Shown here: one piece after another, positions 40,816 through 55,353 of the stretch
Layout: every line of letters begins with the position of its first letter
Position numbering within the stretch: position 1 is the first letter of the stretch
Origin: Octopus vulgaris
Lineage: Eukaryota
Assembly: GCA_951406725.2 (NCBI GenBank)
Contig: OX597815.1
Coordinates: 14,260,001 to 14,324,000 of the forward strand
Reading direction: 5' to 3'
Length of the DNA stretch: 64,000 nucleotides
The notes under the pieces: generated by a model
Told to the model about the DNA's origin: nothing
What the model saw: only the letters and a program-made list of their open reading frames with translations
Databases searched by the model: none
Made by a program: the position numbers and the translations under genes

Positions 40816-41830
40816 GCGGCGAGCTGGCAGAATCGTTAGCACGCCTGACAGTATGCTTAGCGACATTTCATCCATGAAACTCCGCCGAGGTCGACTTAGC
40901 CTTTCATCTTTTCGGGGTCGATAAATTAATTACCAGTTGCGTACTACGGTCGATCTAATCGACTGGCCCCTTCCCCAAAAATTTCGGGCCTTGTGCCTAG
41001 AGTGGAAAAGAATCATTAGCACGCCAGCAGAAATGCTTAGCGGTATTTCGTCTGCTGCCGAAGTCAACTTTGCCTTTCATCCTTTTGGGGTCAATTAAAT
41101 AAATACTAGTTACGCACTGGGGTCGATATAATCGACTTAATCCGTCATCATCATCATCATCATCATCAGTGTCATCATCATCATCATCATCATTATTATC
41201 ACTATTATTATTGTTATTACTATGAAAGCGGCAGTAAAGAAATAGGTATTTCGTCTGTTGCTACGTTTTGAGTACAAATTCTGCCGCGGTTGGCTTTTCT
41301 TTTCATCATCTGGGGTCGATAAATTAAGTACCAGCTGCACACTGGAGTTGATGTAATCGACTTACCCGCTCCCCACAAATTTCAGGCATTGTGCCTTTAA
41401 GATTTTATTTTTTATTTTACATGGCGTCGTACCGAGTAAAATGCTTAGCAACTGTTCGTCCGTCTGCATGTTCTGAGTTCAAATTTGCCTTTCATCCTTT
41501 CAGGGTCGTATGGTTGAGTACTGGGGTCGACGTATTCGGCTATTCCCGTCCCCCTAAAAATTTCAGGCTTTATGTCTATAGTAGAAAGGATTATTATTAT
41601 TAACAAGGCAGACAGCTGGCAGAACCTTTAACAAGCAGGACAAAATGCTTAGTGGCATTTCGTCCGCCTTTGTGGTCTGAGTTCAAATTCCGCTGAGGTC
41701 GACTTCGCCTTACATCCTCTCGGTTGTCGATAATATTAGTACCAGTTGGACACTGGTGTCGATGTAGTCGATATACCCCTCCATCTCCCCTGAAGCCTTG
41801 TACCAAAATATGAAACCTTTATTATGATTA
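40816..41830 (+). mobile_element. Cluster of about five SINE B copies interspersed with (ATC)n/(ATT)n
   Basis: Repeated heads and GCCTTTCATCCTT cores; junction AAAGAAATA|GGTATTTCGTC near 41244. Confidence 0.85.
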
Positions 41831-42177
41831 TTAATGTTATTAATTGGAAGAAGTTACAAAGTCACACAAGTGCCGATGAGTTTCATAAACACATTTTCGC
41901 TCTTTGTGTCATTTGGTTACTTCTCAAGAATAAAAAGTATATATTTTATAACTTCGTGTTCGATATAACTTTGTTATATCAATGCAGTTCTCTCTCTTTC
42001 TTTCTCTCTCTTTCTCTTTCTTTCTTTCTCTCTCCCTCTCTCGCTCACGTTCTCTCTCTCACTCGTTCGTTTTACTTTTGTTTATCTATCAATCTTTTAA
42101 CCCTGTCCCTCTGTATGTATGTGTGCGTGTGTCTGTAAAGGAACATATAGGGATATAAAATATATATATATATATAA

Positions 42178-42213
<36 letters not shown>

Positions 42214-42293
42214 GCATAGGCACACATATACGCACTCACAGACACGTATAAGTATATATGTTTGATGTGTGTGGGGTGTATATATGTATATAT

Positions 42294-42354
<61 letters not shown>

Positions 42355-43269
42355 ATGCTTATATATGTACGTGTATATATATGTACATTTATACGTATAT
42401 GTGTTATGCGTATATGCGTATATGAATAATGACCGAACTAGACACCTGGTTGTCGTGAAAGAGAACTATTATTAAAAGTATCCAGAATACATATATATAT
42501 GCAGATGCCAGTTGCCGGCGATTACAGCGAGATAGTACTGACTGATCATATATACACCCTAATTATACATGGACCCAGACGCACCTCTTGTTAATGAGTA
42601 GTAGACACGATACGTATTGCTTTACACGATACATGCAGAATTATATCCGCATATATATGAAGGTTTATATATATATACAACCTTGGGTGCCTGTATTTAT
42701 GAACTTCCATAAAGCATTATATAAGTAACATATATGTGTGTGTAAGTGTCTGTGTCTATGTATCTATGTATGTATGTATGTACGCAGATATGCATACACG
42801 TATACATGTCCGTATATATGTATACACACACAGACTTATTTACATATATGTATTCATGTTTGTGTGTGTATGTAACTATATATATAAACGTGCGCGTGTT
42901 GAGAAAGAAAGAGAGAGATAGTATCATATAATATCGGATTATATTAGCTTATCAGTTGTTGTTGATTTCTTTTTTTTTTGGCTTTTTTCTTAAAAACAGG
43001 TTGTTCTCTGGTTAATGGTATTAATGGACGGTATTTTGCTATAAATCCATTGATAAAGATTGTCTTATCTGCTTGTTTGCATTTGAATCCAAATTAGCAA
43101 AGTTTATATCATTTTCTGTGCTAAATTTAGTTTCTGTCCGTGAACATCGCTGATGAATTCCTAATGATGACTGATGACTGAAAACAACCCGCAAGAAATA
43201 AACGAGTCTTAACAAGTAATATTTCTATAATAATTATTTATCCTACAGAGTTCGAATTCTGTGGTAAAT

Positions 43270-43740
43270 GCCTACCTTGCTACAGCTGAATATTAACACC
43301 TGATCGTCGTACATTGAATTCGGAGAATATGTGACCAGATTGAAGCTTTTAACAGTTTCTGTTAACAGGTTCTATTCCACGACGAGGATTTCAGTATGGT
43401 GTAATACATTAGGTTAAGTCATTCGGTGAGACGGGGAAATGTGCGTAAATTACCTTTGCAGGTAGAACCATGTATACCCTGAAGGTCTGGTATCTCTAAG
43501 AATAGCCTCTTAAGTAAGAAGGCCCCAAACAAGTCAGTCACCTGAGCTGAATTGCTCGAGCCCATAGCCACATCGAAGTTAACAGCGGTATCCGACCTAG
43601 TCCAAAGCTTACCCTCAAATCCAATTACTGTCTTCCAAGCTAAGAGTATTATATCAATTTTTTCTCTATCTATAAGTGAAAGGTTACGGGCATATATTAG
43701 GGCCTTATTCAATAAAATTGGGGAAATACTCACGTAGTAA
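43270..43740 (-). mobile_element. Penelope-like element, reverse transcriptase fragment
   Basis: SISPILLNKAL...IILLAWKTVI...W...FDVAMGSSNSAQVTDLFGAFLL resembles the PLE RT motif FDV.MGS.DGAE.C.LVG. Confidence 0.7.
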
Positions 43741-43869
43741 TTTGATATGTCGTATTATATAACCATGTATATTTATGGCATTCTTTCCCATATTTCCTTA
43801 CTTTGACTGAGCTGTAAGTCCACTCACGAAGTCTTACGAAAGACGCTTCATATTCAAATTTGCCATTAA

Positions 43870-44186
43870 TATGTAGGGCAAGATACTGCGATAGCCTGGG
43901 CTTCAGAGGTCCACAGCTCTTCAATATCCTCCCGAAGGACCTGAGAGACCTGCATGGGGTAGATGCAGATGTCTTCAAAATAAAGTTGGACCTCTTCCTG
44001 TCAGGTGTCCCAGATGAACCAACTTCACGGCAGGAGGTGCAGATGAGGGCAGCTACATCAAACTCTCTCATGCATCAAATGTCAATTGCTAAAAAGCATT
44101 CGTGAAGTAAAATCATGTAGCAACACCGAATAGCAGTGCCCCAGCATGGCCACAGCTCGTGAGCTGAGACTAGATGAAGATGAAGC
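43870..44186 (+). mobile_element. 3' end of a CR1/L2-group LINE
   Basis: SLGFRGPQLFNILPKDLR...FKIKLDLFLSGVPDEP...RAATSNSL; 3'UTR GTGCCCCAGCATGGCCACAGCTCGTGAGCTG followed by GATGAA repeats. Confidence 0.8.
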
Positions 44187-44426
44187 TTTCACAGTTGGTC
44201 TTTCATCTTCTTTACAAAACCGTAATGGTTAATAGGAAAAATTGTGGCTTGGGTGATTCTATTCAACATAGACGTGGATGCATTCAGCATCTGTATCCTC
44301 TATGAAAGAACATTAATTTGGAGATCATGGGCAGCTGCTAAAGTAGATGAGAGTAGGGCTATCGGGTGAAACTGCTTGAAAGATGGGATGTAGTCCTGTT
44401 GTAAACAATTAATAGATGATAATTAA

Positions 44427-44637
44427 GGCGGCGAGCTGGCAGAAACGTTAGCACACCGGGCGAAATGCTTAGCGTTCTGAGTTCAAATTCCGCCGAGATC
44501 AACTTTGCCTTTCATCCTTTCGGGGTCGATAAATTAAGTACCAGTTACGCACTGGGGTCGATGTAATCGACTTAATCCGTTTGTATGTCCTTGTTTGTCC
44601 CCTCTATGTTTAGCCCCTTGTGGGCAATAAAGAAACA
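44427..44637 (+). mobile_element. SINE family B with Tx1-like tail
   Basis: GGCGGCGAGCTGGCAGAAACG...AGCCCCTTGTGGGCAATAAAGAAAC. Confidence 0.9.
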
Positions 44638-44842
44638 GATAATTGATGGAAATCACTTGTTGTTCATCCATATTATCTCCATTTTCTGTTTCCTTTAAAT
44701 TTTGATACCTGTTTATCCTTGTCTTTACCTGCAATTTCTGAGCATAGCTTGTTTGCCCATGCTTAAATGTAGGTAACACATACCGGTAGTAAAATGGTAA
44801 CTTTTATCCCTTAGACGGTTATTTTAACCTCTAACTCAGCTA

Positions 44843-44846
<4 letters not shown>

Positions 44847-44905
<59 letters not shown>

Positions 44906-45392
44906 ATGTATGTATGTATGTATATGTATGTATGTATGTATGCATGCATGCATGCATGTAAGTATGTATGTATGCATGTATTATGTATGTATGTATGTAT
45001 GTATATATAGATGTATGCATGTATATATATATATATATATATGTATATGTATATATATGCATGTATATATATATATATATATGCATGTATATATATAAAT
45101 ATGTATGTATATGTATATATATGCATGTATATATATATATATATGTATATATAAATATGTATATATATGTATATATATGCATGTATATATATATATATGT
45201 ATATATAAATATGTATATATATGTATATATAAATATGTATATATGTGTATATATATATGTGTTTGTATGTATGTATATGTACGTATATATATGTGTATAT
45301 ATATGTATGTATATGTATATGTATGTATATATATATATGCGTATACATATATGTATGTATATATATGCATATATATATATATGTATATATAT
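44847..45392. repeat. (TA)n/(TATG)n compound microsatellite
   Basis: Seen directly. Confidence 0.95.
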
Positions 45393-46068
45393 TAATTGTA
45401 ATGGTAAGACAACAAAAGAATGAATGGAACCTCGATATTATGTAAATAGAGGAATTTATCTGTAATATATGTGACAATTATTCGGTTGCCATCATAAAAC
45501 TCCGAGTTTTACATATGTAATATATAAAAATATTTTATATTTATATTTTTACTGCTTTATATATTTTTACATATTTTTCTGTATTTTACCCTTCACCTGC
45601 AATTTTCTTGTGCATGAACATATTTGTGCGCGTATGGGTATATACAAGTGTGTATGCGTGCGTGTGTGCGGGTATATATATATATGTACATGTATATGCA
45701 TATATGTATGGTTGCATATATATGTTGGTGTACATGGTGTACTTGAATGGCACATCACACTATATGAGACACGTTCATGAAATCATGCATACTACACACA
45801 CATCCGTACATGCCATATTTGAACAATATACTAAGGGCAAACACTTCCGGCGCAGAAGTACTCACAGCGTCAGCTAACACTTCCATGAAAACACAGGCCC
45901 ACACCTACGCACTATAACACCATCACATTCCTCTCATCAAAACACCGCTAAATAAAGCACATTCGCTTGCATGCACACTCACATACACATACAGTCCAAT
46001 AAGCATGTACTTCAATAAAAAGTATTGAATGAACCTTCAGTTTAACGTTGAATTGATTTTATATATAA

Positions 46069-46574
46069 CTATCAGTATCGCCCGGCGTTGCTCGGGTTTG
46101 TAAGGGAAATAACTATATAAGCATTTTTAGAGAGTTACTTCCCTTATAAATTCGGGCTTTCTTAGCCATTTTTGTTTTGATGTCTTCAAGCCATGAAGTC
46201 GTTGTTCTAAAAGAACGCTGGTTTCCTTCACAACGCATTACGACGTTGATTTCTTTACACTCCCTTCCCCACAGCTTCACGAGGGAGGGAAGGGGGAGAA
46301 GCAAACAGGTGCAGCTGTGAGCGTGGACGCCAACTCCGCCGCCATCGACATACGATGCATTTTATGCATTAAAATGGAATAAAAAATTATGTTAAATTAT
46401 TTTTAAAATCGTAGACTCATCGTTGACGCGCGCTAATAGTCAGACGGGCTCGATATGAATCACGACTATAAGATACCCGAATTTGGTTAAACTGCACCGC
46501 AAAATGTGGGAGGAGTTAGGAATCTAAATCGAAGGGGACAGACACTCACACAACTAGAGTTTTATATATATAGA
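46069..46574 (-). mobile_element. Non-autonomous Helitron
   Basis: Minus strand A|TCTATATATATAAAA 5' end; subterminal hairpin CCCGAGCAACGCCGGG; terminus (C>A)TAG|T; no TSD. Confidence 0.82.
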
Positions 46575-46619
46575 TTTGACATAAAAACAAACATTAATCT
46601 TTAAAAAGACAAATATCTG

Positions 46620-46960
46620 AGGCGTCGAGCTGCCAGAATCGTTAACATGCGGGGAAAACTGCTTCGCGATATTTCGTCCTTCTTGACGTTCTGTAATCAA
46701 ATTCCTCTGAGGTCGACTTTGCCTTTCATCATTTCGGGTTCGATAAAATTAATTACCAATTGTGTACTAGGGTCGATGCAATCGACTTACGCCTCCTCAA
46801 AATTGCTGACTTTGTTCCGAAATTTAAAATCATTATTTAGAAACACATTTCTAAGGTGGCAACTTGGCAGAATCGGGGCACTAAAATATGTTTCAGTGGA
46901 ACACTAGTTACTCCCTTCTCCAGAATTGGTGGACTTGTGTCAAAATTTAAAACCAATATT
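46620..46960 (+). mobile_element. Diverged SINE B copies
   Basis: GGCGTCGAGCTGCCAGAATCG...GGTCGACTTTGCCTTTCATC. Confidence 0.75.
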
Positions 46961-47296
46961 GATACAAACATACAGAATTGTGTGTGTGTGTGTGTGTACA
47001 CATATTTAGATAGATTGACAGAAGAATAATTTAACTAGATGTTAGATATCTTAATCAATTTGAAACAGCAAGCAGATACAAGCCCACTGGCATAAAACAA
47101 TGCCATCAATCCTTTTATCTCGAAATTCTAGATATTTATTTATTATATTGTATTTATTCTTCATTCTTTTGATTACCCTAAAGCAATAGTTTAGAAACGA
47201 AGTGACATGATATTCTGAACAGTAATGAGCAAATATTACATAATGTATTTGTATGTCTTATAATTATTATGTAATATACATATAAATATACATAAA

Positions 47297-47952
47297 TATA
47301 CCCAAAATAAACCGGAATTTTGCGATGCCCTTTCATTCACTTAGTTTTACATGTTTACACTTTTATCGTCTTCAAAGTATTCTCCATATGAAGCAATAGA
47401 TCGCTCCAGATGCTGGGACTCTTGCGATGCGATATCTTTTAACGCCTCCATCGTTTTTTCCTTCACCTGTTCTACACCTGCAAATTCCGTAGCACCAGGT
47501 TTCATAGCCAGTGATGATCTTCTAAAAATGGTCCGGATCAACTTCCAACTCTTCTTTTACTCTACGACACACATTCAGTCGTGAGGCTTTTCATCTTCCG
47601 TGAGCACAGATTTTGCTGCATCTATTTTCATTCGCAATTCCTAGCTCAAAATTCGTTGGCAAGAACTCTAGGACACACAAATCATATTAACGAGTTCGTC
47701 AATTCTTCAGAGCAGTTCACAAATTTTCATGATGTTTTCATTCGTTCGGGAAGTCGACAGTCGCTCTGAATTAGGTTGGTCTTCAAGCGAGAAGTGACCA
47801 TTCCTAAAGCGTGAAAACCACTCGTAAACTTGTGTTTTGTTCATGGTAGCGTCCATGTAAGCTGTTTTAAACATGACAACTGCTTCAGCCGCTGTTTTCC
47901 CCAGCAGAAAACAGAATTTCACGGAAGCACGCCGTTACTTCGTTACAGCCAT
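47297..47952 (-). mobile_element. Internally deleted mariner (irritans-like)
   Basis: VKFCFLLGKTAAE...VYEWFSRFRNG HTH; KIITGYETWCY joined directly to the C-terminal VEQVKEKT...GEYFE, so most of the catalytic domain is missing. Confidence 0.85.
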
Positions 47953-47953
47953 A

Positions 47954-48390
47954 CAGAGGTTGGTCAAAATAATGGAAACACCTAGCATCATAGTTTCATA
48001 ATTTTGGAATATCTATAAAACCGTCAAGAGCTTGTTTATTTGTATGTGTTTTTTTTAATTTATTATTAGTGTTGCTTAATATGTTTTGTTAGAATTGCTG
48101 ATACTTTTCAGTTATCATCAGAAAAAGGTAATTAAAATTCATTAAAAAGACAGATCTATCCGACTTTCAAAGAGGTCAAATTGTTGATACATGTATGGCA
48201 TGCGCTAGTATAACGAAAACAGCCAAAATGTTTGGTGTATAAACAACTACTGTCTCGAAAGTAATGACAACCTCTGAGAAAGAGGGAAAAAACCTCCTCG
48301 TCGAAACAAATCTCTGCAATTAAATCAAAACTTTCAGATAGGGACCGTCGGACTCTTAAGCGAATTGACAGAAAGGATCACAAGCTACAG
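47954..48390 (+). mobile_element. Tc1-like transposon, 5' fragment
   Basis: TA|CAGAGGTTGGTCAAAATAATGGAAACACC TIR; TDLSDFQRGQIV...TVSKVMT...[13 protein letters not shown]. Confidence 0.85.
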
Positions 48391-48619
48391 AATTCGTCCC
48401 TATATACATATATTTATATATATATTTATACATATATTTATATATATATATGTGTGTGTGTGTGTGCATGTATATATATATATTTATATATATATATATA
48501 TATAAATTTATATATATATAAATTTATGTATGTATATGTTTATATATATATAAATTTACATATTTATAATCATATATATATATTTATATATATATATATA
48601 TATGTATATAAATGTATAT

Positions 48620-48655
<36 letters not shown>

Positions 48656-49465
48656 TTATATATACATATATTTATGTATATATATATTCCTATTTATATA
48701 TATTCGCATATATATATTTATATATAATCAAAATAAGCAACAGGATTTCCAGAGATAATACAATACGATCGTTTCAAGCGACTCCATTTAATTGAACAAT
48801 GCTACCATTACACCAATTTAAATGCTGCTGTGTGAATAGTTGTATGTATGTACGTATATATATATATATATATAGATAGATAGATAGATAGATAGATAGA
48901 TGATAGATAGATAGATAGATAGATAGATTGATACATACACACATACATGCATACAATCATACATACATACATACATACATGCATACAATCATACATACAT
49001 ACATACATACATAAAGCGTTTCTTTCGGCGTCCGTCGACCAAATCTATTCACAAGGCTTTCGTGGGCTCGATCCTATCTAGAGCAGAAGACAGTTACCCA
49101 ATGTAATAAGCAGTGCAACTGAACCCGGAGCTGCTATGTCGTTGGGAAACACGTATCACACCACACAACATCATCTCTTATAAATATCTCCATTAGTTGC
49201 TACGCTTTTCGAAATTTAATCAAGGTCATGAACGGGAAGGCAGAAAAATATAACATGAAGCACTTTGTATCGCTTAAAGATTGGCATGTTATCGGTAGCG
49301 AACTGTAAATACGGTCTTCTGCCAATAGTTACAAACATGATGCAGATGCCCCCGTGGGCCTGTTTCTTGTATCTGATTAAATTGTGTCTTGTAATATCGA
49401 TATCATTATGCATAATGTATATATATTTTATGTGTGCGTGTATGCATATACATACGTAATATATA

Positions 49466-49506
<41 letters not shown>

Positions 49507-50798
49507 GTAATATGTATATATACATATATATATATATACGTAATATGTATATATATATATATATACATACGTAATATGTGTATAGATTCAATGTCCTACA
49601 GCAACTAGGAGTCTCTTACTCAAGCTGAGTCTCGCTGGAATGAGAGTGCACTAGTATATGCATATGTGCACGTGTGTGTTTATGTAAATATGTGTGTGTG
49701 TGTGTGTGTGAGTGAGTGTGTGTATATGTATATATATCTATATATATATATATATATACACTACAGAAGTATATTTATTTATATTAATCTTAACTTGGCA
49801 AGTATGTGTTTATGCTATCATTTTAATATTTGCATGTATATATAATTGTAAGTGTATTTTGTTAGTGTGTTGTGTGTGTATGTTGTGTGTGTGTGTGTGT
49901 GTGTGTGAAAGAGAGAGAGAGAGAGACTGCGGGTATATGCGTTTGATTGAACAAAATATTTGGTTTTCCTAAGTGTAATCAAATACCTAATTGCATTTTT
50001 CAACGCAATTATTTCTTATTTAATTACCTGGAATTTTCTAAAGGCAGAATGTTCCCGCTATGGGAGAAAATTAAATATTAATTGGTCCGTATCGCCTATT
50101 TCTTTGGACAACTAAAATTGCAACAACAACAACAACAATAATAACAAGGAAACATTTTATCAAGCAATGTTACAACAACAATATATGTATACGAAATATA
50201 TTTACTACCCAACGCTATCGCCATCAACTGCATCAACAACAACAACAAAACAGCAACAACAACAGCATCATCATCATCAACAATAACAATAACAATCACT
50301 AACATGAGCATCCTTAACAAAATGAAACCATAATTAACAATAAGATTGGAATCAATAACACCAACAATAACTAAACGCAATCAGAAATACTTAATGAACA
50401 ACAATATCGATAACAACAACAACAACAACAACCACAACAACAAGACAACAGCAACGACAACAGTATCAACAACACAATAAATAGATTGAACAAGTATCGA
50501 TTAAGTAAACAACAAGACGAGAATCTACGTTAAAATCAACAAGAGTAACTACGCCAAAAAACACATCAAAAACAAAATGTGTTAATTTCCGTTGATGAAT
50601 GAATTATTTTTTTTAAGATGTATGTGGTGTTCTTGTTACTGTAGAGGGAAATGGTATACATATATTCATTACTGCGATGATGGTTATGCTAACGACGATG
50701 ACGATGATGATTATGATAATGATGATGACGAAGAAGAAGAGGAGGAAGGGGAGAGGTTGTGGAGGCGGAGGCGGAGTACGTTGAGGATTTACTGATAC

Positions 50799-50909
50799 CT
50801 CTTTGATCAGCCTTGGAGAAATCAACGACAAATTCTCCTACTACAAGTTCGGAATGCGGAATGTACTTAAAAAAACTAGCAACGTATTTGCTCCAACGAC
50901 TCACCATTT
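50799..50909 (-). CDS. Candidate internal coding exon of an unidentified host gene
   Basis: Acceptor TATTGTTTCAG, donor AG|GTATCA; 111 nt, phase 1-1, open frame MVSRWSKYVASFFKYIPHSELVVGEFVVDFSKADQR; complex sequence between microsatellites. Confidence 0.35.
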
Positions 50910-50969
50910 CTGAAACAATAGTAATAATCCGAAATAATAATAATCCGAAATAACAATAATGATAATAAT

Positions 50970-51005
<36 letters not shown>

Positions 51006-51074
51006 AATAATGGGCTTCGTATATTTTACCCCAGTTTCCCTTTGATGGCATGCACTGCTCTCACTCAATAATAA

Positions 51075-51105
<31 letters not shown>

Positions 51106-51139
51106 AATAATGTGTGTATACGTATGTGTAAATATTTTT

Positions 51140-51532
51140 TTCCTTTTTCTTTTACTTGTTTCAGTAATTTGAGTGCGGCCATGCTGGAACACCACCTTTA
51201 GTCGAGCAAATCGACCCCAGGACTTATTCTTTGCAAGCCTAGCACTTATTCTATCGGTCCCTTTTGCCGAACCGCTAGGTTACGGGGACGTAAACACACC
51301 ACCATCGGTTGTCAAGCGATGTTGGAGGGACAAACACAGACACACAAACTCACACACACACATATATATACATATATACGACGGGCTTCTTTCAGTTTCC
51401 GTCTACCAAATCCACTCACAAGGCTTTGGTCGGCCCGAGGCTATAGCAGAAGACACTTGCCCAAGTTGCCACGCAGTGGGACTGAACCCGGAACCATGTG
51501 CTTGGTTAGCAAGCTACTTACCACACAGCCAC
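51140..51532 (-). mobile_element. SINE family A
   Basis: Reverse complement of the 8336-8740 copy. Confidence 0.9.
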
Positions 51533-52079
51533 ATATATATATATATATATATATTTTTCTATAAGTAATTTCAAATAGAACAGGTTGAATTGCTTCTTTT
51601 CAAGGCAGCACTCTAAGTGGCCACTGATAGTAGTACAATCATTTGACCTCTGCTGACCCAAAGGGTGCAAAAATTATTTTGTCTCTATGGCTGACCTCCA
51701 CACCATCTAACGCATCTATTTATAGACCTGTAGTTTATGATCTATTCACCAAACTGCTACCCAACTATTTCCTCCTCCAACAATAATAATATGCTGCAGC
51801 TGCTAGTACTAAATATCACTAATACTACAATAATACTACTACTACTATTATAATAGCACAGGAATCTGAGGCCCACTATCACCCTGACCACTACCCTCAT
51901 CTCTGCTACTGTTGCTGTTACACATAAAAACAATAATATCAGTGATGCCAGTGATTATGATGAGAAGAAGAAGAAGAAGAAGAAGAAGAAGAAGAGAAGA
52001 AGAAGAAGAAGGAGGAGGCGGAGGAGGAGGAGAAGAAGAAGAAGAAGAAGAAGAAGAAGAAGAAGAAGAATGAAAGGAA

Positions 52080-53960
52080 ACGGGTGTTGCCTCCTCCTCA
52101 TGGGCTGATTAATGATACATCTAGTGATGGTGTCAATATAAAAATACCGGTAAATGCGCAACCTGATAATCGCTACGTCATATGAGTGATAATGGAAAAA
52201 ACAAAATATTGTGAATAACGGTGGTAAGGAAACTGAAATCAGTGATGGTGACAGTGTTACACCCGGCAGGCTCAGAGATTCTTGTCCGGCTCCAGCTTAT
52301 CGATATCCAGAACGGGATCACCACATACGGAGAAGAGGGAGCAAGCAAATTAATGCTGTGGTCATGGAGTGTTACTACCTGAGCTGTCCGGCAGATAAAA
52401 ATGGTGCTCAAATTAGGAGTTACCGACAACGTATGTATGATCATTGGAGAGAAAAGGGTGTGTTTCAACTCACGGAACAGAGACTATGTGATTAAGGTAA
52501 CAAGAAAAAAAATGTTGGTTCCCAGAAGTAGAGCTCGAAGCTATCAAAAGACGGGTCATGGACAATAGCAGCAGAGATAACAATGAAAATACAGTTCTAA
52601 CTAATATGAGTAATCTCAGCACAGGAAAGGAGTAGTAGTAGCTTACTTAATGAGAGGCATATAGATGATCTAAAAGAAGGCGATAAAACCAATAGCGACA
52701 TGACAGATGAGCAAAAGGCAATCTATGACAGAATAAAGGTAAGACTACAGGAGAACGATAGCGACATTATTTGCAACGTTAAAAAGATAGATCGATGGAA
52801 ATTGAACCAAGAAACGAAAAATGTCAATGAGATTCTGAAATACATCAGAACAAACAACATCACAGAAACAAATAATTTGATCAAGGCAGCAAGTATTGTT
52901 GTAGCAGAAAACATGGGTGTTGATGTCAAGAAAAAGAAACATAATGGGAGTGACAAAAGAAAAGATCCATGGTGGAAAAGAAGAATCCAGGCAGGATTAG
53001 ACATGCTCTCAAAAGAAAGTGAACATGCGATTCTGCAGTACATCTCCAGCGTTCGAAGCTGTGCAAAGGCAATGATAATTATAATAATCGTGGAAAATCG
53101 GAAGTGCAGAAATGAAGTATATCATCAATGACAAAATATTTTTGTAAAATGAGGAATATTTTAAGATCAAAATTTGAATGTAGGAAATATAATACGTGCA
53201 ATTATCTTGAAGGCAATATCGCTAATAAGCTATGAGACACGTATAAACGAAGAGAAAAATATGAGTTAAAGTTATTGAAAGGAGGGCATACAGCAGCTCA
53301 CTAAGCGTCAGGGCGTGCAATTACGTTTATATAGGATTGTTTATACTGAAAAAGAACAATGTAGCAAAATTAGAGAGAATATGTCAAGGATTTTATGTAG
53401 TAGAAAAAGAAAAACTTCCCGACTTAATGAAGAGATAGGGAATAGTTATTTACAGATTTTATAGAATTCCGTAAAAAAAATAGAGGAAAATGTGGAAACG
53501 GTCAACCTTTGAATGAAACTGCATTAATTTTTGTGTGTGTGTGTAATTAACGTGATATGGTAACTGGATGTCAGAATCGAGAAAAATAGAAAGAGAAAAG
53601 GGAGTCTCCAATATGATATTCCGTCACACTGGAGTAAAGACACTGACAAAATTATATTCTTGCTGTTATTGAAGCGTTAGGAATGACAAGGATACATATG
53701 TGAGTAAACCTTCTGGAGTTAGGTCTCAATCTGAGTTTGAATGCAGTACAGAAAATTTACTTACTTAGTTCAACAAGAATTGTCTGGGAAGTTCTCGACT
53801 CAAAGTAATAGCAATTTATAGAACGATGGACAAAATGCGTCTCATCCTAGACAAGAGGTTGTGGTATGATAGGAGGCACGACTAAAAGGGTTGCAACATT
53901 AATGTCATGCAACATAAAAATGTGTAATAAATCCCTCAGAATGTGAAAAACTGCATAATA
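52080..53960 (+). mobile_element. Internally deleted R4/Dong-like LINE (N-terminus plus decayed C-terminus, RT missing)
   Basis: INAVVMECYY...YRQRMYDHW...EQRLCD; NITETNNLIKAAS...PWWKRRIQ; later AVIEALG-like C-terminal motif. Confidence 0.75.
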
Positions 53961-54618
53961 CCATTTTAAAATTATCGACATACATATGGCCAAGACCATT
54001 CTATCCGTGACCACCCCGTGTCACTACGAAGCCTACATTATCTACTTTGTCAGTTCTTTGTGAGAGATCTACATGCAATTTGAGGGAGATTTAGCTGCTA
54101 CATTTAGTTGGTCGAACAACCAACTCCATGCAGCGATGTCTATAAAGGAGAGATAACCATATAAAATAATATTCATGCCTTTTTGCGAGTCCGTAAAATT
54201 CAAGAAATATTGAAAAGTTGGATAAAAATCGGAAGGTACAATTGACTAACTTAATACACATCTTTCAAATTAAACTCTTTAAATTACCCTCAAGAAAATC
54301 TACTTTCCGACCACGAGAATATTCCCTAAATGTCACTGATGAATATTTTGAATACATAGTCAATATTATTGAGTATTTGAACCAAGATATACTCTCATCA
54401 AGCTGATGTATAATCAAGGTTGTTCCAGTCGCAAGCATTTGTATTTTTGTATTTATTTATTTTCTTTAATCAGAGTGTATTAGAAATACATTATTTTGTT
54501 TGTCCTTCCTTCCTAAAGGTCGTAGTGTGTGAATTTAAAAAGATTTAGCAAATATTTCTTGTAGGTAAGGGCTCTCTCTCCTCCTCCTCCTCCTCCTCCT
54601 CTCTCTCTCTCTTTCTTT

Positions 54619-54663
<45 letters not shown>

Positions 54664-55025
54664 ACATCTATGGTAATTCACAGATAAATATCTTGATATT
54701 TTGTTCAGAAACAAAACGAAACAAATGAAATATATCTGAGACCAGTTCTCGGCACATTAGTCACGAAAACTACATCATATCAAAAAGGCCATTTTGAATA
54801 CATTATTGACTAATTTATTGTTCAATTCTGAAGTATTTCATAGACGAAGAATAATATTTTCGTACTTAACTAATTTCGAATGTATTCTTTTTTTTTTTTT
54901 TTTTTTTTTTTATCAAACCGAATCTTCTATGGCTTCCAAGTCTATGATTTATCGAGGTAATGTAGATCTATGAACGACAGCGTGTTAAGCGGATATATTA
55001 AACGGATATATTCTGAAACTTGTAC

Positions 55026-55089
<64 letters not shown>

Positions 55090-55185
55090 TCAGTGGTTGA
55101 TATGTTTATCAATTAGAGATTGAGAATGAAGAGATTAATATATACTGTTTGCACTTGCTTTGACTTGAATACAAATTATTAAAAG

Positions 55186-55267
<82 letters not shown>

Positions 55268-55296
55268 TATATAAATGTATGTATACATATACATGT

Positions 55297-55353
<57 letters not shown>

